Below are positions 29,765-37,791 of a DNA stretch of 64,000 nt, in pieces; position 1 is the first letter of the stretch, and each line of letters begins with the position of its first letter. The notes beneath the pieces were generated by a model. The model worked only from the letters and a program-made list of their open reading frames with translations, did not search any database and was not told the DNA's origin. The translations under genes were made by a program, and so were the position numbers. The stretch comes from Thermoprotei archaeon (GTDB lineage Archaea > Thermoproteota > Thermoprotei > Thermoproteales > B15-G16), in assembly GCA_003649205.1 (NCBI GenBank), contig QMRC01000004.1, positions 32,001 through 96,000 on the forward strand, written 5' to 3'.

Positions 29765-29812
29765 TCAGCCGGTGTTGGCCTCTTCATCAATCGTTCGTGA
29801 GACAGTCATCAT
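29765..29812 (-). ncRNA. Box C/D sRNA, 23S peptidyl-transferase-region guide
   Basis: ATGATGA-ctgtctcacga-ACGA-TTGATGA-agaggccaacaccgg-CTGA; D' guide complements universal UCGUGAGACAG. Confidence 0.85.
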
Positions 29813-29870
29813 CCTTGCCTAACCGTTTCCATACCCCAATACTTATACCTTTCTCGTTACCACAATAGAA

Positions 29871-31472
29871 CTAGCTCTGTCTTCTCTCTAGGTACTCAAT
29901 TACTACTGTTCCATAGCTACTTGTGCTAGGTACCTCAAACAATCTGAATACTCTCGGAATGTACTTCAGTAGATCTGTTGCAGTTATCCTACCTCCCATC
30001 TCTCTAACTGCTAAGTCACCTGCAAGTCCATTTATAAACGCCGCAACCGCTGCAGCTCTTACTGGTGTACTCCAGCACAGGAGTGCTGCTACTAGACCTG
30101 TAAGTACGTCACCTGTACCACCAACTGCCATTGCTTGATTACCCGTTGCGTTTATCTTCAATACCTTACCGTCTGTGACTATGTCCTGTGGTCCCTTGAT
30201 GAGTAGCGTACATCCTAGCTTTCTTGCCCACTCAATAGCTACTTCACATCTCTCCTCTAGCTTATCTGGTGGAGGTAGTTCTTGACCTGTAAGTATTCGG
30301 AATTCTCCAGCATGTGGGGTCACCACAGCTTTTTCATAGAGTAGATCATGTCTTTCTCTAAGCACTTTAATGCCATCTGCATCGATAACCACACTTTTTC
30401 CCGATTCCTTTAAGTACTTCATCAGTTCTGTAACCGCATCGCGTACATCATCCACCGTAGTTAGTCCTGGACCTATAGCTACCACATCAGCCCTGTTTAC
30501 TAGCTCTAGAAGTGTGGGTATGTGTCTTGGTGATACGTAGTCACCGGGTAGTGCTTTAACTATGAGATTTGGTGAGTAAGACCTCACAACACTTGCTACG
30601 GTTGATGGTGTAGCTACTATGACTAAGTCGACTCCAGCACTTAATGCTGCTAGAGCTGTTAGCGCTGGTGCACCACTGTACTCAACTGAACCACCAATAA
30701 CCAGTACCCTTCCTCTATCACCCTTCTTTACATAAGGACTCCACTTCGGTAGTGTATACCTCGCATCACCGGGACCTACGAGTAATTCAGCTTCCGGTGG
30801 TATACCTATGTCAACTACAATCACGTCACCACTGTACTCCTTAGCTTTCAGTAGACCTTCCTTAACCTTGTGAAAGGTAACGGTTACAGTAGCTTTGATA
30901 GCTTGTCCAAGTACTTCACCTGTATCTGCACTTAATCCACTAGGTACATCAACAGATACGATAGGTATCTTCCTCTCCTCTCGAATGCTATTGATTAACT
31001 CAATGCATTTAGCGTAGATACCACGTACAGTACCTCTCACACCTATACCGAGAATAGCATCTACCACGCAGTCAGTACTCATCAGGAGAGACCTCAGCAC
31101 CTGTAGATCATCCACCTCCTTGATAACTACCTTTTCGATACAGTTCATTAGCTGGAGAGTAGACCAATTTCTCCTAGCTTCGTCAGTCCTTATGTCCTTT
31201 GGATCTCCAAGAAGAGCAACTGAGACATCATACCCTCTACAGCTGAGGTACCTTGCAGCTACAAACCCATCACCACCATTATTACCTAAGCCGCACACAA
31301 CAACTACCCTCTTTCCACACCCAACGTACTTAGTAACTACATCAGCTACAGACCTACCAGCTACCTCCATCATCTGTAGACTGGATATCCCAAGTGCTCT
31401 AGCATTTTCCTCAGCAATGTACATGTCACGAACTTTAATGACTTGAGGAAGGTACTTCAGGAGCTTTCTCAC
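29871..31472 (-). CDS. nnr: Bifunctional NAD(P)HX epimerase/dehydratase
   Basis: GLGNNGGDG, VDVPSG, GGSVEYSGA, TPHAGEF, GGTGDVL; GTG 31472 with GGAGGTGA RBS. Confidence 0.92.
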   Translation of the reverse strand: MRKLLKYLPQVIKVRDMYIAEENARALGISSLQMMEVAGRSVADVVTKYVGCGKRVVVVCGLGNNGGDGFVAARYLSCRGYDVSVALLGDPKDIRTDEARRNWSTLQLMNCIEKVVIKEVDDLQVLRSLLMSTDCVVDAILGIGVRGTVRGIYAKCIELINSIREERKIPIVSVDVPSGLSADTGEVLGQAIKATVTVTFHKVKEGLLKAKEYSGDVIVVDIGIPPEAELLVGPGDARYTLPKWSPYVKKGDRGRVLVIGGSVEYSGAPALTALAALSAGVDLVIVATPSTVASVVRSYSPNLIVKALPGDYVSPRHIPTLLELVNRADVVAIGPGLTTVDDVRDAVTELMKYLKESGKSVVIDADGIKVLRERHDLLYEKAVVTPHAGEFRILTGQELPPPDKLEERCEVAIEWARKLGCTLLIKGPQDIVTDGKVLKINATGNQAMAVGGTGDVLTGLVAALLCWSTPVRAAAVAAFINGLAGDLAVREMGGRITATDLLKYIPRVFRLFEVPSTSSYGTVVIEYLERRQS

Positions 31473-31562
31473 GTACTCACCTCCGTAGAGCGCATGGAGG
31501 TACCTCAAGCTCTAAGGTACTTAGGTAAGTTTTTAAGTTGTATTAACGGACTCTACTCCTGG

Positions 31563-31611
31563 ATGATGTAGGAGGTGATCTCGGATAGGTGAAGAGGATA
31601 GCAGATGCTGA
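31563..31611 (+). ncRNA. Box C/D sRNA with guide complementary to the 16S 3' tail
   Basis: ATGATGT-aggaggtgatct-CGGA-tag-GTGAAGA-ggatagcagatg-CTGA. Confidence 0.7.
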
Positions 31612-31630
31612 CTCTCAACTACTGGTAGCG

Positions 31631-31680
31631 ATGAGGAGGAGGCCAGTGGGCTGATCTCTGATGAACGGCAAAAGCTCTGA
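31631..31680 (+). ncRNA. Box C/D sRNA
   Basis: ATGAGGA-ggaggccagtggg-CTGA-tct-CTGATGA-acggcaaaagct-CTGA. Confidence 0.78.
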
Positions 31681-31799
31681 GCTATGATCTCTCTCGAGTA
31701 TACCTGGATGAAATACATGGGATATTCAGATAGGTGAAGAAGCTCGGGCAATATCAATTGATTAATTCCGAGCTATTTTCGAGGAAAAATAAGGGGTTT

Positions 31800-32750
31800 T
31801 TACTTAACCTCCTCCAGTACCTTCTTCAGCTCTCCTAGACTCTTCTCTAGCTTAGAGACGTAGCTCCTCAACTTATCCAGCTCATTTTTAAGTGAGTCAT
31901 TTTCCTTAGTTAATTCCTCAACTCTTCTCCTAAGTTCATCTCTTTCCTCTGTTACTTTCTTCAGCTCCTCTCTCAATCTCTCTGCTTCTGATCTAGCTTC
32001 TTCAAGTTGCTTACTCAATTCATCCATCTTCGTCTTTAGCTCACTTGCTTCTGCACCTCTAGCTATGTAGTCGGCTAATTGACTTCGAAGCTCAGAGTTC
32101 TCTCTCATCAACTCCTCAATCTTCCTCTTCAACTCGCTGTTCTCTGCTTCAAGCTCCCTAACTCTAGTACTTAGCTCCTCTACCTTCCTACGTAGCTCCC
32201 CTACTTCTGTAGGTGGTGCAGCGCCTTTCTTCAACTCTTCGAGAACTTCCTGTAGCTTATCACTTCTAATCCAGTAAATTACCTCGCTCCTATCTCTAAA
32301 CCACGTTAACTTACCTGTTGTGAGATCCAGCTCTAGGTCTGTCACTATGACGAATATGTCACCTGGCTCAATCTTGTACTTAGGTACTATCTCGTTGAAG
32401 AACCAGCTCTTCATCTCATCAAATACCTGTCTAACTGAGGTCTTGTACTCTGGCTTATCCCTTAGCTCAGAGAATATCTTCTCACTCTCTTCAGGACCGA
32501 AATGCTCTCTCAAGCTACCAGCTATAGCACCGAAGAGCAATCTGAAGAAGTCTGGTCTACCCTCTCTACCATACCTACCGAAGAACCTACCAGCTGAGGT
32601 CTTACCCGTTACCCACCTAATTCTCAAGATCTTCCTACCATCTTCAGTCACAGTTAGTATGGATCTCGTGATACCTGCTTCAACAGCTCTCTCCTTCTCC
32701 TCCTCGGGAATACCTAGTCTCCTCTCAATCTCTTCCCTCCTCTTCGACAT
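31800..32750 (-). CDS. ThermoDBP-type single-stranded DNA-binding protein with long C-terminal coiled coil
   Basis: IRWVTGKTSAGRFFGRYGREGRPDFFRLLFGAIAGSLRE...IYWIR matches the Thermoproteus ThermoDBP sequence as recalled. Confidence 0.85.
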   Translation of the reverse strand: MSKRREEIERRLGIPEEEKERAVEAGITRSILTVTEDGRKILRIRWVTGKTSAGRFFGRYGREGRPDFFRLLFGAIAGSLREHFGPEESEKIFSELRDKPEYKTSVRQVFDEMKSWFFNEIVPKYKIEPGDIFVIVTDLELDLTTGKLTWFRDRSEVIYWIRSDKLQEVLEELKKGAAPPTEVGELRRKVEELSTRVRELEAENSELKRKIEELMRENSELRSQLADYIARGAEASELKTKMDELSKQLEEARSEAERLREELKKVTEERDELRRRVEELTKENDSLKNELDKLRSYVSKLEKSLGELKKVLEEVK

Positions 32751-32826
32751 GAGTGCAACCTCAGTAGTAACACCGTAGCACTACGTAATAAAGCTTGTTA
32801 TTATAATCAAGGTCTACCTAGCTAAG

Positions 32827-32874
32827 TCAGCTAACAGCTCACTCATCACCAATCAAGGGCCGTAGGTTCATCAC
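32827..32874 (-). ncRNA. Box C/D sRNA, 23S GTPase-centre guide
   Basis: GTGATGA-acctacggccc-TTGA-ttg-GTGATGA-gtgagctgttag-CTGA; D guide complements UAACAGCUCAC. Confidence 0.88.
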
Positions 32875-32904
32875 CTAGAGTAGGTACAGTTGACTAGACC
32901 CTAA

Positions 32905-33372
32905 TTAAGTTCCTGACTTACTCCTCGATGTTGGTACAGGTACTTGCTTCGGTATCCTGAATACACGTCCTCTATCATCTAGCTTCTCTCCACCCAACTT
33001 CTTGGTTAGTAACCACGCGATGTACTTATAGTACTCAGGATCTAGTGAACTAGTTATCTCAACCCTATACGTACTACCCTCATCCCTAAAACTTAGAACA
33101 GTGAGTAAGCTAGCAGCTCTATCACTACCAAACCTCCTCTCTAAGCTACGGAACACGACCTTCTTCGAATCAACAAGCTTTTGCTTCACTGCCTGAGGAG
33201 TTTCAGTAGGTTTTGCTGTAGCAGTAACTTCAGGTTGTACCTGCTGAGGTACTTGTACATGGACGTGAATTACGATCTGTATATTCTCAATGGACACCGT
33301 TCTACCACAATACGGGCAAGTAAATACGATGTACGCCTCTGCTGGTTTCTCCTTCTCACTTCCAGAACTCAC
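32905..33372 (-). CDS. Hypothetical protein with CPYC motif
   Basis: ORF with RBS GAGGTGA; CxxC, Q/P/T linker, small C-terminal domain. Confidence 0.6.
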   Translation of the reverse strand: MSSGSEKEKPAEAYIVFTCPYCGRTVSIENIQIVIHVHVQVPQQVQPEVTATAKPTETPQAVKQKLVDSKKVVFRSLERRFGSDRAASLLTVLSFRDEGSTYRVEITSSLDPEYYKYIAWLLTKKLGGEKLDDRGRVFRIPKQVPVPTSRSKSGT

Positions 33373-33456
33373 GTAATCACCTCTACTGGAAGTAACCTAT
33401 GTACTTAGGAGTACTTAAACAATGCCCCTCCACCTGACTATCTAATGGTACGGGGG

Positions 33457-33502
33457 TCAGAGCCTGGAGTCATCCTCACTCAATCGGTCTCAAGTTCGTC
33501 AA
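33457..33502 (-). ncRNA. Box C/D sRNA
   Basis: TTGACGA-acttgagaccga-TTGA-GTGAGGA-tgactccaggct-CTGA, starting right after the NfeD stop. Confidence 0.65.
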
Positions 33503-33883
33503 TCATCCCCTAACCTTAACAAGCAACTTATTACCGGATACACCTGTAACAACGATCTCTGTACCCTCCTTAATGAGACCACTTATAGATATCGCTCTCC
33601 ATAGAACACCCTCAATGGACACTAAACCTTCAGGAGAGAGATCTGTAATTGCTCTACCGATCTTACCAATCATGGCTTCAGGGCCAAACTTCGTAGGTCC
33701 TTTTTGGGATCTGTACATCAGATAGCTCATTACACCAGAGATAAGCCATAGAAAGGTTGATAGCAGGATTATGGCGTTTAAATTGAGGATGTTTGTGAAG
33801 TATAGATAGGTCATTACTAGCGTAGGTACGAGAGCAATCAATAGAATGATGCAGATGATACCGACTAATACCTCATGCCTCAA
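33503..33883 (-). CDS. NfeD-like membrane protein
   Basis: 2 TM plus GPEAMIGKIG...LSPEGLVSIEGVLWRA OB fold. Confidence 0.85.
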   Translation of the reverse strand: MRHEVLVGIICIILLIALVPTLVMTYLYFTNILNLNAIILLSTFLWLISGVMSYLMYRSQKGPTKFGPEAMIGKIGRAITDLSPEGLVSIEGVLWRAISISGLIKEGTEIVVTGVSGNKLLVKVRG

Positions 33884-33947
33884 CTACACCACCGATAACT
33901 TTAGAGAGTAGCGGGTACCTAAGTACTTTAGTTCATACATTCTACCA

Positions 33948-34586
33948 CTACGCCCAGCTAACAATTATCGTAGGTACATCCCTCATCACAACATGTGATC
34001 TCGTAGGTTCTCTTCCAAGTAGTTGAAGTGATATACCTGTAATAAACCCACGAACAAAGTGAGTAAGGACACCATTTGCACCAGTGAACCTAATTATGAC
34101 CTCACGATCACTAAGAGTGATATCCATTGAACCAAAACCCTGTGCACTAAGGTACTTCAGACAGAGAGAAACTACATCCTGTATCCTACCAAGTACTAAC
34201 GATACCTTTTTCCTAAGGTACTCACCGAGAGAGATACCGTACTCAAGACCTATGTAGTACAGAATAGCATCTGCTCCAGTACCCGCTCTCCTCCTCAACC
34301 TATGAAAAGCATTAATCAGTACCTTAGCAGGAAATCTAATGACTCGAGACCTAGTAACTCTCCTACCAGATAGGTACCTATAGCAACCCCTCAAGGACCT
34401 CTCAACAGCATCTGGATGTGAGAGTACAGAGACGATGTAGTAGTTCCTCTCCTTTTCAATACAGAGGTAAGGTAGTTCAGACACACTAGTGAGCAAGTTA
34501 ATGATGAAGGTACGTACATCAGAGAAGCTACTGAAGAACAGGGTCACACACCTAAGATTACTCTCCAAGGTACTCACCAATACCAA
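33948..34586 (-). CDS. V4R-like ligand-binding domain protein
   Basis: ILYYIGLEYG, AQGFG, HFVRGFITG resemble the V4R core. Confidence 0.55.
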   Translation of the reverse strand: MVLVSTLESNLRCVTLFFSSFSDVRTFIINLLTSVSELPYLCIEKERNYYIVSVLSHPDAVERSLRGCYRYLSGRRVTRSRVIRFPAKVLINAFHRLRRRAGTGADAILYYIGLEYGISLGEYLRKKVSLVLGRIQDVVSLCLKYLSAQGFGSMDITLSDREVIIRFTGANGVLTHFVRGFITGISLQLLGREPTRSHVVMRDVPTIIVSWA

Positions 34587-34836
34587 GCATCTTCACTAAC
34601 TTCCTGAACTCACTTAGGAAAGCAAGACCACGTTCAGTAGGTCTAAAGATCCTAAGTCTACCACTATCAATCTCCCTAAGAAGACCTAGCTTCAGCAGGT
34701 AATTCACGTACTCTCTAGTCCTCGAAAATGGTAAACCAACATAGTACTGAATTCGAGTAATCGTTGGCTTATCGAGAACAGCAGCCGCCTCAACTACCTT
34801 AGCCATTATAACTAAGGAATCACGCCTCTGCCTCAT
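34558..34836 (-). CDS. Winged-helix DNA-binding protein
   Basis: TITRIQYYVGL...YVNYLLKLGLL...FRPTERG. Confidence 0.8.
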   Translation of the reverse strand: MRQRRDSLVIMAKVVEAAAVLDKPTITRIQYYVGLPFSRTREYVNYLLKLGLLREIDSGRLRIFRPTERGLAFLSEFRKLVKMLGIGEYLGE

Positions 34837-35435
34837 AAACCCTCAACACCTCCAATAACGACGTATGCTCTCCACCATGGTATAGTGCTTTCATATTTGA
34901 CACCTAGCAGACGGTAGCCAAGTATTGAAAATACTTGGTGTTCAACTACGAATTCGAGGTCTTCTAATCTAATGCCCCCTCTACCGTAGCACCTTAGTCT
35001 AGGGAGTAGAACCTTGGCTTTCTCCTTAATGTGATCGTATACGTTCTGTGTCATTTCAACAAATTTACTAATCTCTTCCTCAAGTTCTAGCTCGATCATC
35101 TTCACTTCATCGCTCGTTATGAATGGTATTGCTAAATCGTACTTTTTCTCAACTCTAAAGCTACTGAGCTGTGTTACTAATTCTCTTACAACACCATGTT
35201 CCTTCAACACCTTGAGGTGCTTGTACACGGTAGGTGGTGTGAGGTTAAGTGTATCAGCTATCTCCCTTAAGGTTAATGGCCCATAGAGAGCCAGGAGCGC
35301 AATTATTGCCTTCTTAGTTCCCAGAGTGAAGTCATGCCTAAACGGTGTTTTGTGTTCTGGTGTAAATGAGCCTGTACCACGTATTGATACTAGTACCTTG
35401 TTGAAATCAATAGGTATTCGAGACCTCGAAACCAT
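34833..35435 (-). CDS. ArsR-type HTH transcriptional regulator
   Basis: GPLTLREIADTLNLTPPTVYKHLKVLKEHGVV. Confidence 0.8.
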   Translation of the reverse strand: MVSRSRIPIDFNKVLVSIRGTGSFTPEHKTPFRHDFTLGTKKAIIALLALYGPLTLREIADTLNLTPPTVYKHLKVLKEHGVVRELVTQLSSFRVEKKYDLAIPFITSDEVKMIELELEEEISKFVEMTQNVYDHIKEKAKVLLPRLRCYGRGGIRLEDLEFVVEHQVFSILGYRLLGVKYESTIPWWRAYVVIGGVEGL

Positions 35436-35445
35436 ACGAATCCCC

Positions 35446-35485
35446 AGTTAACCTCCAAGTTAACAAAGTTAGCCTTTAAGTTAAT
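35446..35485. promoter_or_regulatory. Four AGTTAR repeats around the regulator TATA box
   Basis: AGTTAAC 35446, AGTTAAC 35458, AGTTAGC 35467, AGTTAAT 35479; minus-strand CTTAAAGG at 35473-35480. Confidence 0.5.
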
Positions 35486-35604
35486 AACTTTTTCTGAATA
35501 TTCCTAAATACTATACTTACATTATATTCGCATCCATTTGCTCTATGTCCCTACCTGTGATCCTGTTTCAATTGAGTGATCTAGTGTCTTAGTGGGTGTA
35601 GTAC

Positions 35605-35679
35605 ATGAAGGTGAGGGTTCGTAAGGTGAAGAAGTACAGGTCCTGTGCAAACATATTCTGCACAATAGTCTGGGTATAA
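35605..35679 (+). CDS. Putative RiPP precursor peptide MKVRVRKVKKYRSCANIFCTIVWV
   Basis: ATG..TAA ORF with GGGTG RBS-like upstream; ends 14 nt before the rSAM/SPASM gene. Confidence 0.7.
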   Translation: MKVRVRKVKKYRSCANIFCTIVWV

Positions 35680-35693
35680 GCTAGGGTGACTGC

Positions 35694-36929
35694 GTGATGC
35701 ATGTCGCTCCTTGGTGTTTAACTACTTCTCTTTCTTCATCCATGGTCATCATCTATAATATGTTGAGTGGTGATTATGCTCTTGTTGAGGGGGATTTTCT
35801 TGAGAAGGTCCTTTGTGATGAGGTTTCTCCTGATGATAGCGATCTGAGGATGTTGATTGATGGTGGTTTTGTTGTTTCTGATTTCTCTTCCTCACCGCCT
35901 AGAGGTGTTCGTGAGTTCTCTGTGTTTGTTTCTGTTACTTCGCGATGTAATTTGAGGTGTGTGTACTGCTATGAGTCTTTTAGGTCTGGTGTTGATATGT
36001 CTCTTGATGTTGCTTCTAAGGTACTTGATTGGTTGTCCAGTGTGCTCTCTGGAGGTGGTTATGAGAGGTTAGTCTTTGTTCACTATGGTGGTGAACCTCT
36101 TTTAAATCCTGGTGTCATTACTTACCTTGGTCGTGAAGTTAGGAAATTGTGCTCTAGATTAGGTGTTGAGTGTGTTGAGTGTTTAGTTACCAATGGTACT
36201 CTACTTAGTGGGTTCTCTAGTACTGCTCGTGAGTTTATTGATTTTGTTCAGGTAACTATTGATGGTGTTGGTTTGGTACACGATGTTAGGAGACCGTATG
36301 TCGATGGTAGGGGGAGTTTTTGTGATGTTATTAGTGGTCTCTTGTCTGCTCTTGATCATGGATTGAGGGGATGCATTAGGGTTAATGTCGATAGAGGGAA
36401 TGTAGATCGTGTACCTGAGCTACTTCACTACCTAAGAGATCTGGGTGTTTACAGGAAGATCAACTACATTGGTTTCTCCCCGGTATATCCTCCTCAAGCT
36501 ACTTCCACGTACTCTCAAGCGTTATCGCTTGATGAGTGGTGTACTCACTTCCTAAAGCTACTGAGATGCGCTGTTGATCTTGGTTTTCGTATTCAGCCTC
36601 CACCTGCAGGTGGTGGTTGTACATTTGGTTCAGGTGCGGCTATTGATGAGAGAGGTAGTGTCTATCCATGTCCTGGATTCCTTGGTATTGAAGCTATGTG
36701 CTTGGGTAGGATTAGTGGTTATTGGTGTCTTCCCAGAGTTGAAGTTAAGGCTTGTGAAGACTGTAGGTTTAAGTGGATTTGTGAAGGTGGTTGTAGGTAC
36801 CTAGCATATGTCACTGGTCGTGGTTTGAATGAGAGGTACTGCCTAAAGCCATATTACGAGCGAGTTTTGGAGGAGCATGTTAGGTTATTCGTTAAGTCTG
36901 TTGAGGGGTCTGAAGGTGGGAGTTGTTAA
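35694..36929 (+). CDS. Radical SAM/SPASM peptide-maturase-like enzyme
   Basis: CNLRCVYC, YGGEPLL, TNG, IDG; SPASM GCTF...VYPC...CEDCRFKWICEGGC...YC; RRE-like N-terminus. Confidence 0.9.
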   Translation: MMHVAPWCLTTSLSSSMVIIYNMLSGDYALVEGDFLEKVLCDEVSPDDSDLRMLIDGGFVVSDFSSSPPRGVREFSVFVSVTSRCNLRCVYCYESFRSGVDMSLDVASKVLDWLSSVLSGGGYERLVFVHYGGEPLLNPGVITYLGREVRKLCSRLGVECVECLVTNGTLLSGFSSTAREFIDFVQVTIDGVGLVHDVRRPYVDGRGSFCDVISGLLSALDHGLRGCIRVNVDRGNVDRVPELLHYLRDLGVYRKINYIGFSPVYPPQATSTYSQALSLDEWCTHFLKLLRCAVDLGFRIQPPPAGGGCTFGSGAAIDERGSVYPCPGFLGIEAMCLGRISGYWCLPRVEVKACEDCRFKWICEGGCRYLAYVTGRGLNERYCLKPYYERVLEEHVRLFVKSVEGSEGGSC

Positions 36930-37000
36930 CGCGCCCGACGGAGATCCCCTCATCGCTGGGAACAATGCCCCTCTCAGGGATCTCTACTTGGTGTCTAGCT
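36921..37000 (-). ncRNA. K-turn hairpin with ACA box, H/ACA-like sRNA candidate
   Basis: gagatccC-TGA...GATGA-ggggatctc stem with ACA 14 nt after the stem base; lower stem weak. Confidence 0.5.
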
Positions 37001-37016
37001 GCCGTGTTTAATACCT

Positions 37017-37739
37017 TTACTCAATTCCTAGGGTTTTCTTAATGAACTTTCTCATAGCTTCCTTCCCCTCAGTTGTTAGTACCTCAAGTAGCTTAGCTAT
37101 AGGTACTTCGTTCAGTACCTTGAAGAATGTCTTTGTGGCTAGGTACCTACCATCTGTCTCTACCTCTATGTCTCGACAGACGTTCCATAGCTTATCCTGT
37201 ATGCTTGACATGAAGTTTGCATCTATGCTGTCAGCTAGGTGAACTATCTCTGATTCAATCATTGTGAAGGGTACTGTACCGTGTACTTCAGCTAGACACC
37301 TAACTAATCTCTCTGGTGCACCTCTGTGTGCTAGTTCAGCAATTATGGTGAATTCATGGCTTAGGTACCAGTCATCTCTTGGTCTGTAACCACCTGTGAC
37401 TGGGTCTCTCTCATATTGGTAGTACTTGAAGATGTCGTGTAGTATTGCTGTTGCTATTGTTAGGTCTAGGTCAACACTTATTGAGTACACATTGCGGTAT
37501 ATCTTCGCTATGGATTCGCTGATTAGGACTACGCTTAGTGTGTGGTCGATTAGTCCACCAGGGTATGCGTGGTGTTTTCTTGGTGCTGCTGGTGATTCCT
37601 CGAGTGTTATCTTTGGTTGTACGTTGCAGAATGTTATTCTCGGGTTTGTTAGTATGCTTATGACTACGTCTCTTATAGCTGGATCTCGTACTTCATGAGC
37701 TTTCTCGAGTAGGTGCTTGAGCTTACTCCTCGTGTCCAT
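37017..37739 (-). CDS. HD-domain phosphohydrolase
   Basis: HHAYPGGLIDHT, ILHDIFK, HLAD. Confidence 0.85.
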   Translation of the reverse strand: MDTRSKLKHLLEKAHEVRDPAIRDVVISILTNPRITFCNVQPKITLEESPAAPRKHHAYPGGLIDHTLSVVLISESIAKIYRNVYSISVDLDLTIATAILHDIFKYYQYERDPVTGGYRPRDDWYLSHEFTIIAELAHRGAPERLVRCLAEVHGTVPFTMIESEIVHLADSIDANFMSSIQDKLWNVCRDIEVETDGRYLATKTFFKVLNEVPIAKLLEVLTTEGKEAMRKFIKKTLGIE

Positions 37740-37791
37740 GGTCTCGATTTACCTTAGTCTTAATACTGTGTGGTAATTAGGTTTTTGGTGT

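Noticed and set aside
31533-31757. 74-aa minus ORF, and similar ORFs at 43065-43265, 47431-47694 and 54549-54758
   Set aside because: Antisense to C/D sRNA loci; no protein motifs.
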